Positions 1-10,072 of a DNA stretch of 64,000 nucleotides are shown here, piece by piece. The stretch spans positions 512,001-576,000 of the forward strand of contig CAWEJX010000008.1 of NCBI GenBank assembly GCA_963809485.1, given 5' to 3'. This stretch comes from an uncultured Acidobacteriota bacterium. GTDB lineage: Bacteria; Acidobacteriota; UBA6911. The notes beneath the pieces are model-generated. The model had not been told where the DNA came from, did no database searches, and was given only the letters and a program-made list of their open reading frames with translations. Each line of letters opens with the position of its first letter. Within the stretch, counting starts at the first letter, position 1. Both the position numbers and the translations under genes were made by a program.

Positions 1-474
1 ATAGCCCTTGTCCGGATCGAGTAGCCTGATGAAAGCCAGCGCCGCCCACATTTCGTACCCCAGCCGATACAGGTCCGCTGCAGCCGTCCGTATATCGTTC
101 GCGCCGGCCGTTTCAAACTCCTCAAACGTCGTCTTGCCCTGCAGCAGGTCAAAAAGCCTGTTGTACATCACCCGGATCAGCCCCTCCCCGGGGCCGTGCA
201 GAAAGCTGTAGAGATCGACGGGGACGGCGATGCGCTCGATGTTGAGAGTCTCAATGATTTCCCTCTCGACCCGGATGTAGTTGTCGGAGAGCGTCTGCAC
301 ATCCACAGGAAGCGAGGCATACTGCTCCTTGACAAAAGCCCTGCGCACATCGTCAAAGCGCCGGTAAAATTCCCCCCGTAGCTCTTGTGGTATAGAGATT
401 TCGCTTTTATTTATGATTATTTCCGGATGATTCTTAATAAAATTATTTAACGAATCAATCTCTAGTCGCATCAT
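1..474 (-). CDS. Hypothetical protein, 3' end runs off the window (not in ORF track)
   Basis: Manual translation from ATG at 474 is open to base 1: MMRLEIDSLNNFIKNHPEIIINKSEISIPQELRGEFYRRFDDVRRAFV...; downstream of and co-oriented with the amidohydrolase. Confidence 0.75.
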   Translation of the reverse strand, partial: MMRLEIDSLNNFIKNHPEIIINKSEISIPQELRGEFYRRFDDVRRAFVKEQYASLPVDVQTLSDNYIRVEREIIETLNIERIAVPVDLYSFLHGPGEGLIRVMYNRLFDLLQGKTTFEEFETAGANDIRTAAADLYRLGYEMWAALAFIRLLDPDKGY

Positions 475-498
475 CCCAACTTTTACCTTTCATGTGAT

Positions 499-597
499 AC
501 GTGGAACGTGGAAAGTGGAACGTGAAACGCGCTACCTTCTACCTTCTACCTTCCACATGAAACGTGCCAACGTTCAACGTTCAAACGTTCAACGTCG
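499..597. repeat. Heptamer-periodic imperfect palindrome
   Basis: (GTGGAAC/GTGGAAA)x4, then (CTACCTT)x3 CCAC (complementary with G-T pairs), then (AACGTTC)x3. Confidence 0.8.
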
Positions 598-1536
598 TTA
601 CAGCGCCATCTTGAACATCTCGATCGCGTTGCCGCTGAAAATCAGCTCCTTTTCCGCATCCGTGATCGGCATCCGCTCGATCGATTGTATGGTTCCCTCG
701 ATCATTCCCCAGCGCGGACCCAGCGGCGCATCTGTGCCGAAAAGCATGTGCCCGGCTCCATAGTATTCGTAGGCGCATTGCAGCGCGGGAGTATGTCCAT
801 AGAGCGCCGTGTCGACGTAAAAATTGCGCATCTGCTCGTAAATCTTCGGATCGTTCTGGCTGAAGAGCTTAGTGGCTCGAGCGAACCATTTGAGGCGTTC
901 GGCGAAAAACGGCACCATGGCGCCTGCGTGGTGCACGATGAACTTCAGATCGGGGTACTCGTAAAAGATTCCGCACTGCACCAGGCGCAGCATGGCGGCC
1001 GTGGTTTCATAGGGCCAGCTGAAAATTCCCCGGTCCATGTCCAGCGCCGTGTTGGTTTCCGGATGAAGCCAGATGGGAAGGTGGTATCCGGCCATTTTCG
1101 CATACAGCGGTTTGAATTTGGCTGAATCCAGCGGCTCGCCCGCGATGCGGCTGTATATCTGGACTCCCTGCAGGCCAAGTTTCCCGATCGCGCGGTCGGC
1201 TTCCTCGAGAGCGGCATCGACATCGTTCATGGGCAGGCAGGCGGCGGCGCCGAAAAACTTATTCGGGTATTTGACCAGAAGTTCCGCGAGTTCGTCGTTG
1301 GCGATCCGGGCCAGTTCGACGGCATCTTTCGGTCCCACGAATTTCTCCAGCGGCACCTTTGCCACCGTCAGCACCTGGAGGACGTCCGGGTATCGGTCCA
1401 TGAGCCCCAGGCGCATTTGGAGATCGACGACCGGCCGCGTATAGACCTCGATCTCGTTGTCGATTGCCGGGACCTTTTTGCGGTATTCCGACAAATACCT
1501 TTCCGTCATGATATGAGAAAAAATGTCGATCTTCAT
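598..1536 (-). CDS. Amidohydrolase_2 family protein (ACMSD/decarboxylase-like)
   Basis: MKIDIFSH start, LPIWLHP, IVHHAG, FYVDTA, LFGTDAP motifs; GAGGAGG RBS before ATG 1536. Confidence 0.9.
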   Translation of the reverse strand: MKIDIFSHIMTERYLSEYRKKVPAIDNEIEVYTRPVVDLQMRLGLMDRYPDVLQVLTVAKVPLEKFVGPKDAVELARIANDELAELLVKYPNKFFGAAACLPMNDVDAALEEADRAIGKLGLQGVQIYSRIAGEPLDSAKFKPLYAKMAGYHLPIWLHPETNTALDMDRGIFSWPYETTAAMLRLVQCGIFYEYPDLKFIVHHAGAMVPFFAERLKWFARATKLFSQNDPKIYEQMRNFYVDTALYGHTPALQCAYEYYGAGHMLFGTDAPLGPRWGMIEGTIQSIERMPITDAEKELIFSGNAIEMFKMAL

Positions 1537-1581
1537 TGGCGCCTCCTCGCGTCCCATGGATTCCGAACCGATGCTATCAAA

Positions 1582-1635
1582 AAAAGGGGACAGTCACCAG
1601 TGTCCCAACGGGGACACTGGTGACTGTCCCCTTTT
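1582..1635. repeat. Perfect 25-bp-arm inverted repeat (REP-like)
   Basis: AAAAGGGGACAGTCACCAGTGTCCC-aacg-GGGACACTGGTGACTGTCCCCTTTT between divergent genes. Confidence 0.9.
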
Positions 1636-1671
1636 GATGATATATTTCTGGGACGTTTCTGTGGAGGAATC

Positions 1672-2175
1672 ATGGTTAAGAGACTGCTAATTGCATGCTT
1701 GATTGCGTTGCCCGTAATTCAGGTTTCAGGACAGGAGAAGGCACGGCCTAATAAGCAGGAAATCATCAATCTAATGGTCCAGGGCCGGCAGATGGCCGCT
1801 GCCGATCGAGACAGCGCTCTGGCGAACTGGCAGGACCCGTCCGCAAGCAAGGCAATCCGCGCCGATTTCATGAAATGCACGGGCCTTGCCTACCTCGGCA
1901 ACTACAAAGCCCAGGCTTATGTGGCAGCCAGCTATGAAAAAGCAATAGGGATTGTCGAGGATCAGTTGGAGTCTTATGTGTGGTACGCCGTCGCGCTTGA
2001 AAACGCCGACGCCGACAAGGCCGCTAAAGAAAAGATCCAGGCCTCCCGCGCGCGCGTCTATGAAAAGCTGCATTCGGTCTACCCTGCCCCGAGCGACGAG
2101 GACCTGGAAGATCTGGTAAAGGTCCAGAAAAACCGGATCGCGCAATACCATGAAGAGGCCAACAAAACAAAGTAA
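1672..2175 (+). CDS. Secreted hypothetical protein with SEL1-like helical repeat
   Basis: GGAGG RBS, signal peptide, AQAYVAASYEKAIGIVEDQLESYVWYAVA resembles a Sel1 repeat. Confidence 0.7.
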   Translation: MVKRLLIACLIALPVIQVSGQEKARPNKQEIINLMVQGRQMAAADRDSALANWQDPSASKAIRADFMKCTGLAYLGNYKAQAYVAASYEKAIGIVEDQLESYVWYAVALENADADKAAKEKIQASRARVYEKLHSVYPAPSDEDLEDLVKVQKNRIAQYHEEANKTK

Positions 2176-2193
2176 GAGGAGAAAGGATTCACG

Positions 2194-3375
2194 ATGCGCT
2201 ACCGCAAAATGGGTAAAACGAATGTCGACGTTTCGATTCTGGGATTTGGCGCCATGCGGCTGCCGATGGTGGGCAACCCGACAGGGATGGCCGGATTCGA
2301 CCCGAACGTGCCGATCGACGAAGTCCATGCCACAAAAATGGTCGAACACGCGCTGGAAAGCGGCGTCAATTATTTCGACACCGCCTACGGGTATCACGGC
2401 GGCCAGAGCGAAAAATTCATGGGGAAAGTCCTGAAGAGCTATCGCTCCAAGGTGATGATCGCCACCAAACTGCCCCCCTTCATGGTTGAAAAGCCCGAGG
2501 ACATGGAGAGGATCTTCAACGAGCAGCTCGGCAAGCTGCAAACCGATTATCTGGACTTCTATCTTCTTCACGGCATCGACAGCGTTTCCTGGAACAAGAT
2601 GAAGGAAATGGGGGCCCTGGAATTCCTGGATCAGCTGCGCTCGAGCGGCCGCATACGCTTTGCGGCTTTCTCGTTCCACGACGAAATCAAAGCCTTCAAA
2701 CAGATCGTCGACGCCTACAGCTGGGACATGTGCCAGGTCCAGTTCAATTTCTACGACCAGATATACCAGGCCGGAAAGGAAGGCATTGCCTACGCCGCTT
2801 CGCGCGGCCTCGGAGTCGTGGTCATGGAGCCGTTGCGCGGCGGAAGGCTCACCGACAGGATTCCGGCCGAGGTTCAGGCGCTGTGGGACAGTGCAAAAGT
2901 GAAAAGAACGCCGGTGGACTGGGCTATGAACTGGGTCTGGAATCACCCGGAAGTTTCTCTCGCGCTCACGGGCTCAAGCACCCTCGAACAGCTCAAGGAA
3001 AACGTGCGCGTCGCCAAGAATGGCGCGGCGGGTCCCTTCACGCCCGAGGAATTCGCTCTGGTGGACCGGGCGCGCGCGGAATACCGCAAAGGGCTCAAGG
3101 TGGACTGCACCGGCTGCGGATATTGCATGCCCTGCCCGAACGGCGTGAACATCCCGCAAAACTTCTCGCTTTACAACGATGCATTTCTGTTCCACAGCAT
3201 GGAACAGAGCAAGTTCTTCTACAACCGATTCCTGAAGCCCGACCAGAGGGCTTCGGGCTGCTTCGAGTGCAAGATTTGTGAAGACAAGTGCACGCAGAAG
3301 ATACCCATCATCAAGGAGCTCAAAGAGGTCCACAAGGCTCTTGGAGAAGAACAGCCCGCCGGAGGCAAAAAATGA
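2194..3375 (+). CDS. Aldo/keto reductase with C-terminal 4Fe-4S dicluster
   Basis: LGFGAMRLP, YFDTAYGY, IATKLP, MEPLRGG; CTGCGYCMPCP and CFECKICEDKC. Confidence 0.95.
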   Translation: MRYRKMGKTNVDVSILGFGAMRLPMVGNPTGMAGFDPNVPIDEVHATKMVEHALESGVNYFDTAYGYHGGQSEKFMGKVLKSYRSKVMIATKLPPFMVEKPEDMERIFNEQLGKLQTDYLDFYLLHGIDSVSWNKMKEMGALEFLDQLRSSGRIRFAAFSFHDEIKAFKQIVDAYSWDMCQVQFNFYDQIYQAGKEGIAYAASRGLGVVVMEPLRGGRLTDRIPAEVQALWDSAKVKRTPVDWAMNWVWNHPEVSLALTGSSTLEQLKENVRVAKNGAAGPFTPEEFALVDRARAEYRKGLKVDCTGCGYCMPCPNGVNIPQNFSLYNDAFLFHSMEQSKFFYNRFLKPDQRASGCFECKICEDKCTQKIPIIKELKEVHKALGEEQPAGGKK

Positions 3376-4088
3376 CCGATCAAAAAACCATCGACACCGT
3401 GGTGAAAGCTCTCAGGGCCAACAATTTCAAGCCCGTCGAATATGTGGAAAAAGCCAAGGACGCCGTTCCCCTGATCCTGGATATGATTCCGGCCGACGCC
3501 AGCATCGAGATGGCGGGCTCCGTGTCCATCTCGCAGCTCGGCCTCCTGGACATGCTCAGGCAGCGCGGAAACAAGGGCCTGGATTTTCCCAAGCCCGGAG
3601 AGTCCATGCTTGATTTAAGCAAGCCGCGCAAGGATGTCCTGCTCGTCAGCACGAACGCGGTCACCATGGACGGGAAGCTGGTCAACACCGACGGCATGGG
3701 AAACCGCGTAACCGGGATGGTCTGGGGAGTGAAAAAAGTCATCCTGCTGGTTGGGGCCAATAAGATCGTGAGAGACGTGAATGAAGCTATGGACCGCGTT
3801 CAAAACACGATTTCGCCCTACCACGCCAAGCACATCGGGCTCAACACTCCCTGCGCCTTGACGGAGGCCTGCAGCGACTGCGACTCGCCCTTCCGCATCT
3901 GCAACATCACGACCATCATCACCAAGAAGCCGCCCGCAGTCGATTTCGCCATCGTCCTCGCAGGGGAGGACCTCGGATTGGGATGGGATCCTGACTGGCC
4001 GGAAGAGCGCATCGAAAAGATCAAGGCGGCGTATCAGACAGAAATGGAAAAGTTCCGGGCGTCCATGCCCCCGCCTCCGAGAAGATAA
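3372..4088 (+). CDS. LUD domain (LutC/YkgG-like) protein
   Basis: STNAVTMDGKLVNTDGMGNRV, GANKIV, PCALTEACSDCDSPFRIC; ATGA overlap with the AKR stop. Confidence 0.9.
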   Translation: MTDQKTIDTVVKALRANNFKPVEYVEKAKDAVPLILDMIPADASIEMAGSVSISQLGLLDMLRQRGNKGLDFPKPGESMLDLSKPRKDVLLVSTNAVTMDGKLVNTDGMGNRVTGMVWGVKKVILLVGANKIVRDVNEAMDRVQNTISPYHAKHIGLNTPCALTEACSDCDSPFRICNITTIITKKPPAVDFAIVLAGEDLGLGWDPDWPEERIEKIKAAYQTEMEKFRASMPPPPRR

Positions 4089-4160
4089 AAAAACGCCACG
4101 GATTTGGCGAAGCAATACTCGTTTTATGAATATTTTTTGGCAGTGTAATCCGTGGCGTTA
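4089..4160. repeat. AAAACGCCACGG...CCGTGGCGTT palindrome, copy 1 (may act as bidirectional terminator)
   Basis: 13-bp arms AACGCCACGGATT / AATCCGTGGCGTT between convergent genes; three more copies in window. Confidence 0.85.
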
Positions 4161-4814
4161 TTATTTTCGCGAGGAGAAAGATCCCAGGTCGATGAGGCCG
4201 TTCAGCACGAACTGGACCGCGATCGCCGTGAGGACAAGTCCCATCAGTCGCATCATGATGCGTATGCCCGTTTCTCCCAGGTACCTGCGCACCTGGTTGG
4301 CTCCCGCAAGAATGTAATAGGAAGCCAGCGCCGTAATCGCGACCGCCGAAAGCACGGGGATAACCTGCCACCAGTTCCTCGATTGTCCCATCAGCACCAT
4401 AACGGTGGACATGGCGCCGGGACCGGCCAGCATCGGCACGCCCATGGGAGTCACGCCGACTTCATCTTTCTGTGCTCCCTCCAACCGCTCCTCTGTCACC
4501 TCCTGGGTTCCCGACCGGCGGGCCTGGAGCATATCGTAAGCGACGACAAACAATACGAGGCCGCCGGCAATTTTGAAGGCGGGAAGCGTGATGCCGAACA
4601 GTTTAAATATCAAGCCACCGGCAAGCGAAAAAGCGGCAAGAACCACGAAGCAGGTCCACGCGGCCTGTCGCGCCGCCCTGCGGCGTTTTTCCTCGCTGTC
4701 CTCGGCCGTCATGACGAGGAACGACGGGATCGCGGCCAGGGGGTCCACGATAAAGAATATGGAGCTCAAGGCCACAAATGAGAATTGGAGAATTTCTTTA
4801 ACCTCTGCGTTCAT
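4161..4814 (-). CDS. marC: MarC family membrane protein
   Basis: FFIVDPL, F-IAGG, PMGVPMLAGPGAMS, RLMGLVLTAIAVQF. Confidence 0.9.
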   Translation of the reverse strand: MNAEVKEILQFSFVALSSIFFIVDPLAAIPSFLVMTAEDSEEKRRRAARQAAWTCFVVLAAFSLAGGLIFKLFGITLPAFKIAGGLVLFVVAYDMLQARRSGTQEVTEERLEGAQKDEVGVTPMGVPMLAGPGAMSTVMVLMGQSRNWWQVIPVLSAVAITALASYYILAGANQVRRYLGETGIRIMMRLMGLVLTAIAVQFVLNGLIDLGSFSSRK

Positions 4815-4930
4815 ATCGGCTGCGCAAGAATACCGCGAAACCTGCCGCCAGTACAACCGCAGATATGCGATTCAAATTTACTAAAACGCCTGAATTGAAT
4901 ATGATCACAATTTCGAAGGAGGCATGAGAC

Positions 4931-5197
4931 ATGGCAATCAAGAAAGAATCGCACGTCGTGTTGGCCGTCCATGTAACAGACCGGGTGCACAAAGTGCCGA
5001 TGGTCCAGGAAACGCTGTCGAAATTCGGCGACTCAATCCGGACTCGCCTCGGCCTTCACCAGGTAGGCAAGGATTATTCTTCCCCCGGCGGCGTGCTGAT
5101 TCTCGACGTCGTGACCGAACCCAAAGCCCGCCAGCTTCAGAAGGCCCTGAACAAAATCCGCGGACTGGAAACCAGGTTAATCGTCTTCAAACACTAG
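4931..5197 (+). CDS. Small ACT-like protein (TM1266 / iron-only hydrogenase regulator-like)
   Basis: VQETLSKFGDSIRTRLGLH motif, 88 aa, GGAGG RBS. Confidence 0.7.
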   Translation: MAIKKESHVVLAVHVTDRVHKVPMVQETLSKFGDSIRTRLGLHQVGKDYSSPGGVLILDVVTEPKARQLQKALNKIRGLETRLIVFKH

Positions 5198-5343
5198 CCC
5201 GGGTCAGCATTCGGGATTTCAGTGGGCGTCCCTCGGCGTAGGTCGGCGTTACGAAAGTAAATGCCATCCCTTCCAATTCCCGCTATGATAGGCGGCAACC
5301 GGCCTGCGCCGGCTCACAAATCCATAAATAAGGGGAAAATAGC

Positions 5344-5919
5344 ATGCGGAAAACAACCTTTGTCGCATTGAGCTTTATCGCAGCTTTGCTTCTGACATTT
5401 ATTATTGGCTGCACGCCTCCGGCCACCGAAACGGCCAAAACCCCCGAGGCCAAGCCTTCCAGCTATGCCGAGGACCGCGCCCTCATTGAAGACCTGCAGG
5501 CGCGCTATATGTTTGCTCTGGACTTCCATGATGTCGATAGCTACCTGGCCACCTTCACCGAAGACGGCATACTCGACATCGGCACAGGCGAGATCAAGGG
5601 GCACGAAGCAATCCGCAAAATCATCTCCGGGATGCCTGCCAGCCAGGCGCCCAAGGAAGATCCCAAGCTATATCCCGCCACCGGACGCCACAACATCACC
5701 AACATCGTCATCAAAGTCGACGGCGACAAAGCCTCGGGAGTCGCCTACTGGTTCCACTACGGGAACAATAATCCAAAACGGACGGCCCAGTTTGATTCCT
5801 ATGGCCACTATGTGGACGAGTTGGCCAAAGTGAACGGCAAATGGCTATTCACCAAGAGACGCATTTACAATGAGCAGGTTGCCGAATGGATTGCGCCCAA
5901 AGCCAATCCATCTTGGTAA
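5344..5919 (+). CDS. SnoaL/NTF2-like domain lipoprotein
   Basis: Lipobox-like IIGC, EDRALIEDLQARY, FTEDG, GHYVDELAKVNGKWLF. Confidence 0.85.
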   Translation: MRKTTFVALSFIAALLLTFIIGCTPPATETAKTPEAKPSSYAEDRALIEDLQARYMFALDFHDVDSYLATFTEDGILDIGTGEIKGHEAIRKIISGMPASQAPKEDPKLYPATGRHNITNIVIKVDGDKASGVAYWFHYGNNNPKRTAQFDSYGHYVDELAKVNGKWLFTKRRIYNEQVAEWIAPKANPSW

Positions 5920-5958
5920 CGCTGACTCACGCTGACAAGAGCGCGGACGAAGGCTGAC
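5916..5958 (-). repeat. 10-nt periodic TCRGCGT element (reverse orientation)
   Basis: GGTAACGCTGACTCACGCTGA... is the reverse complement of the elements at 17604 and 24905; overlaps the SnoaL stop codon. Confidence 0.75.
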
Positions 5959-6238
5959 ATTCTTTCATTCAAAGAAGGACAGCTATGAGTCGCCTGAATC
6001 CTGGAAATCAGGGATCGACAAGCCCTTAAGAATGCCCGATTGCCCTCCCTTGGGCCCTAAGCTTTCGCATTGCCCCGGTCATAATCCGTGCCGCCCGCGG
6101 ATGCTATTTTTGCACCCCTCCGGATGGCTTTGGTCATTCTGTGGGAAACGCGGAAAAATGGCGTTCGTATATTGCACTTAGGAGTTCCAAGTTGGACGAA
6201 ATTGTGTATGCTTACAGAGCTTAAAAGGAGGAGGGTTT

Positions 6239-6619
6239 ATGAAATATTGTGCACTTACACTTGTGGCGGGATTGTTGTTTGTAACGGGGATGGCTTTTGG
6301 CGCTGACATCGACGGAAAATGGGTAGGCGAAATCGACGGCATGGACGGCAACAAAATGCAGATTTCCTACACGTTCAAGGCCGAGGGGGCGACACTGACG
6401 GGCACAACCGCGGCTCCTGGCCCGGAGGGCGGCCAGAAGCCGATACCTATCAAGGACGGCAAGATCGACGGTAATAACATTTCTTTTTCCGTCACGATTG
6501 ATTTCGGCGGACAAGAGATGAAGATGGAATACAAAGGCGTCCTTTCCGGCGACACCCTCAAGTTGACGATGGATATGATGGGACAGCCGATGGACTTCAT
6601 GCTCAAGAGAGCCAAGTAG
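6239..6619 (+). CDS. Secreted beta-rich hypothetical protein
   Basis: AGGAGG RBS, signal peptide ending AFG-ADIDGKW. Confidence 0.8.
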   Translation: MKYCALTLVAGLLFVTGMAFGADIDGKWVGEIDGMDGNKMQISYTFKAEGATLTGTTAAPGPEGGQKPIPIKDGKIDGNNISFSVTIDFGGQEMKMEYKGVLSGDTLKLTMDMMGQPMDFMLKRAK

Positions 6620-6656
6620 GCAGAATTTTGATGCAGGCGGCTGATTCCGGGCGGTG

Positions 6657-6704
6657 AGGATAGGCTTTGGGCCTCAGGTCTTCGAGGCCCGGTAGCCTAA
6701 TCCT
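6657..6704. terminator. Hairpin between convergent genes
   Basis: AGGATAGGCT..GGGCCTC / GAGGCCC..AGCCTAATCCT. Confidence 0.55.
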
Positions 6705-6726
6705 GTTGCGCCTGCCCGCACTTTGC

Positions 6727-8427
6727 CTACGAGGTCCAGGGTTTTTCTGCAGCGGCATTCTCGCCTGCAATGCAGCCGAATGCGATAGCTTCGGCTATGT
6801 TGCTGCCCCCCGGATACATCAGGCCGAAAAATGAGCCGAGTTCGCCGGCGCTGTACAGTCTCGGAATTGGCTTGTCTTCTTTATCCAAAGTCTGAGCCAT
6901 GCTGTTGTGTTTAGGTCCTCCCTGAGTGTTGGTAACGGTGAGCCCCAGTTCGGCTGCGTAGTAGGGAGGAGTTTTTACCGGAAGAAGATTGCGACGGCCA
7001 AACTCGGGATCCTTCCCGGCTGCGCAATAGTTATTGTATGCGGCAGCCGTTTTTTCCAGCTCCGCCGCATCGATTCCCATCCTGGCGCCTAATTCTTTGA
7101 GGTTATCCGCTTTCAAAATCCAACCTTTTTCAATCTCCGCCTGGTTGTCTTCGCTCCATTCGACCAACTTGTGGATCCCATTCCAACCCATTGTCCTCTT
7201 CGGTGCCAGAGGGCCTTTCCGCCGGTGAGCCTCATCAAAGACGACATAGAAAGGCGCGTTCGGATATTCAGCGTTCTGATGGTCAAAACGCGTGAGCGCC
7301 AAAGTATCCTTTGTATGGGGCAGGGCTTTAGTATCATCCATGAATCTCTTTCCATATTTGTTCACAATGATGAAATTGCCTTGCGCGCCACCTAGCGCAA
7401 GGAGACCGGTATGAACTGAGACTCCGCATTGTTCGCTGGGTATCTTTACACATACAGAATCCCACTCGAGATTGGCCATGTGCCACAGAGGCGCTCCGAT
7501 TTCCGACACCATTTTTATGCCGTCTCCTGTATTGTAGGGCGTGCCCCACGGATGGATTTTCAAACCCGGGTAGTTGAAGTAGCCCTGCATTTCAAAATTG
7601 GCCGAATAGCCTCCGCAAGCCAATACCACCGCTTTCTTTCCCTTAACATAGATCTTTTTGCCCTTTTGTTCCGCGACCACTCCCAAAATGGCTTTGGTTT
7701 CCGGATCCTGTATCAGCTTGTTAACGCGAGTCTCGTACAACACCGGGATATTTCTTTTTTGTACACACTGCTTGTGCGCCAGAAACAGCTGATTTCCGGT
7801 TCCCATGTGTGGAACTTTCACTTCATCGGAAACGACTGCATATAGGGATGCGGATCTGGATCCCGCAAGACGACTCAGCCCGGTGGCCGGACCCGGCGCG
7901 GGACGGGTTGCCGGCCGTGCGGGTGGCGTCGCACCTGCAGGTGGTCTTGCACCTGCGGGGGGCGCCATGCCCATGCGGATAGGCTCCACGGTGACGCCCG
8001 CCTTTTTCAGCGTCTCTGGAACTTTGGCCATGACCTCGCCCATAGTAGTACACAGGCTATCGGGAACGGTCCCGAAACAGAGTGTGCGGTAGTATTCAAT
8101 CGCCTCCGGCACGTTCGTGGGAATCCGTAGCCCGCCCCCGGAAACGCTGGAGTTACCTCCTGCGAACTCTTCCGGCGCCTTTTCCAATATTAGCGCTTTG
8201 GAGCCGGCATCAGTGCTTGCGATGGCCGCGTTGCAGCCTGCATAGCCCATTCCCACAACCACAACATCGGTTTCATAATCCCATCTTTCGGGAAGCCACG
8301 GCTTTGTTTTAGATAACATCAGGCCCGTACCTGATCCAACCACGAGTCCTGCGACTCCCCCAACGGCTGATCCCTTGAAAAACTGTCTTCGCGTCACTTT
8401 CTTCTCGTCGCTATCGGTTGCGATCAT
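6727..8427 (-). CDS. Tat-exported FAD-binding oxidoreductase (FAD_binding_2; flavocytochrome/3-ketosteroid dehydrogenase-like)
   Basis: TRRQFFK twin-Arg leader, DVVVVGMGYAG, GGNSSVSGG, VVLACGG, NTGDG, PRLYSAGE. Confidence 0.9.
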   Translation of the reverse strand: MIATDSDEKKVTRRQFFKGSAVGGVAGLVVGSGTGLMLSKTKPWLPERWDYETDVVVVGMGYAGCNAAIASTDAGSKALILEKAPEEFAGGNSSVSGGGLRIPTNVPEAIEYYRTLCFGTVPDSLCTTMGEVMAKVPETLKKAGVTVEPIRMGMAPPAGARPPAGATPPARPATRPAPGPATGLSRLAGSRSASLYAVVSDEVKVPHMGTGNQLFLAHKQCVQKRNIPVLYETRVNKLIQDPETKAILGVVAEQKGKKIYVKGKKAVVLACGGYSANFEMQGYFNYPGLKIHPWGTPYNTGDGIKMVSEIGAPLWHMANLEWDSVCVKIPSEQCGVSVHTGLLALGGAQGNFIIVNKYGKRFMDDTKALPHTKDTLALTRFDHQNAEYPNAPFYVVFDEAHRRKGPLAPKRTMGWNGIHKLVEWSEDNQAEIEKGWILKADNLKELGARMGIDAAELEKTAAAYNNYCAAGKDPEFGRRNLLPVKTPPYYAAELGLTVTNTQGGPKHNSMAQTLDKEDKPIPRLYSAGELGSFFGLMYPGGSNIAEAIAFGCIAGENAAAEKPWTS

Positions 8428-8574
8428 GATGTCCTCCTTGTCGGGTTAATAAAATGTAGGATTGCACCCCTCCCTCTCTCAGATCCGATAAAAGCAAAGA
8501 TTTGTCGCATCTTAACACGAAACATAAATTGATTGTCTGATTTTGAAAATACTATGCCGTCCTCAGTCGATCAT

Positions 8575-9071
8575 GGGCCAGGGGCAGCGATCTCTATCAT
8601 CTTGTGGGGCACCTTACGGAACACGCCTGGGCGGCTCCGAACCTCGAGCTTCTGAATGCTGCTTTGGAACAAACGAGTTGGGATGGGCCCCGCCTAACAA
8701 AAGCCGTTTGGCGGAAACAGCTAAGGAATCGAGTCAGGCATCTCCTGCAAAGCCGGAGGCTTGAATGACTGGAACTGCTCAAAGCGGTTGGAGGAGTTAC
8801 GCCGGTCTTGAACGCTGACTTACGCCGACCCTCGCCGAACAAATCGGCGTTTGTCAGCGTATCTCAGCGTTTCAAAATACGGAGCTGTCAAACTCTATGA
8901 GTCCCCCGGCAGAGCCTTTTCGAGTCACGCCGCCGTAGACGGCGGTTTGCCTTAAGGCGAATCGATTCCCTTGACTGGGAGAAAGCCCGAGCTGATGTTA
9001 AACCGTTCCTGGAACGCGATCGGGACCTGGATTTAGTGTAGAACGACGTCCTTATCGGTCTCCTGAAATGA
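8575..9071 (+). pseudogene. C-terminal remnant of an AbiEii-type nucleotidyltransferase toxin, interrupted
   Basis: Manual translation: ..GSDLYHLV..APNLELLNAALEQTSWDGPRLTKAVWRKQLR [insert] RIDSLDWEKARADVKPFLERDRDLDLV*. Confidence 0.6.
8733..8916 (-). mobile_element. Non-autonomous IS200/IS605-like mini-element, copy 1
   Basis: Reverse complement of 11760-11983; end hairpins and TGAC-type end; left hairpin truncated. Confidence 0.7.
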
Positions 9072-9203
9072 TTTGGCTCTCATTTTCCTCTCCGCATTTG
9101 TACCGTCCCCGATGGCCACTCTCCCAATATTCTTCAAATCGGCCGTTACAATGGCGGAACGGCGGGCAAACTCCTTCCGTGCTCTCCGGCCCCCCTGCTA
9201 TCG

Positions 9204-9779
9204 CTATGCCTTGGGCTCCTTCGGCGGCTGCCCTATTCGGGAATAGGTACTTGTCAGCATGATCTCCAGGAAAATGAAAGGCTTATTGATTTTGGTGATC
9301 GTGATCGGGCCATGACTCAGAGCCTTAGCTACTGATATGACGGTAGGTACGTTAATGATATGCTTTTCCTGTTCCTCGCCGAGGCAGACTTCAATTTCCG
9401 CGTCAAATTCCCGGCAGTTCATAGGATCGGTACTAAGGAAACCCAGGACCTGTCCGAAATCGTGTGCGTGCGCCGGCCCGGGAACGACAAATCCCGGCTT
9501 GTAGAACACCTGGTGAATCATGATGCAATCAGCCATGAGCTGTTGGGAATTCACTGAGATAGATTCCATTTGAGCGCGCTTCACGTAGGGTTCTTTGATT
9601 ACGTATTTTCCGTACTTGCCGCTATCCGTATAGCCTGCGGGTGGTTGGCTTTTGGGAACCGGACTGCTTCCGGGCTGCTGAAAAGCCGCCTCCAGATTGA
9701 CCGGAGGAATAACGATTCCAGCTGCGGGGAGAATAAGTCCTGACTGCAGAAATGCCCTGCGCGATGATCTGTTTTTCAT
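9204..9779 (-). CDS. Cupin-like protein with twin-Arg leader
   Basis: AGGAGG RBS, SRRAFLQ, HAHDFGQVLGF...GEEQEKH...LSHGP. Confidence 0.75.
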   Translation of the reverse strand: MKNRSSRRAFLQSGLILPAAGIVIPPVNLEAAFQQPGSSPVPKSQPPAGYTDSGKYGKYVIKEPYVKRAQMESISVNSQQLMADCIMIHQVFYKPGFVVPGPAHAHDFGQVLGFLSTDPMNCREFDAEIEVCLGEEQEKHIINVPTVISVAKALSHGPITITKINKPFIFLEIMLTSTYSRIGQPPKEPKA

Positions 9780-10072
9780 AATACCTCCTGTTTTCGAGCT
9801 GTCACAAAGAACGCTGGCTTCTGACTTCCGCATGCGATTTGGGGCGGGAGATCCAGGGCGCAGCCCTTACCTGGGTGTTTATCCGAAACTCAACACCCAG
9901 CAACCATTGAGAGGGCAGCCACAGGACACTCGCCCTTACAGCATTGTCCCTTCCAGATTCAGCAATCGGGTGGCCTCCACGATTGAGGGCTGCTTCTTTT
10001 GTACCTCCGTCATTGCGCCGACACAAGATAAATCGTTGGCGGATGGTGGGATGTGATAGCCCTCCGCATAAT

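Noticed and set aside
494-763. ORF MIRGTWKVERET...
   Set aside because: It is a translation of the heptamer repeats plus the antisense of the amidohydrolase.
1771-2946. Long antisense or alternate-frame ORFs (also 14112-15014, 25267-26559, 49918-50880)
   Set aside because: Shadows of well-supported genes in GC-rich DNA, with no motifs.
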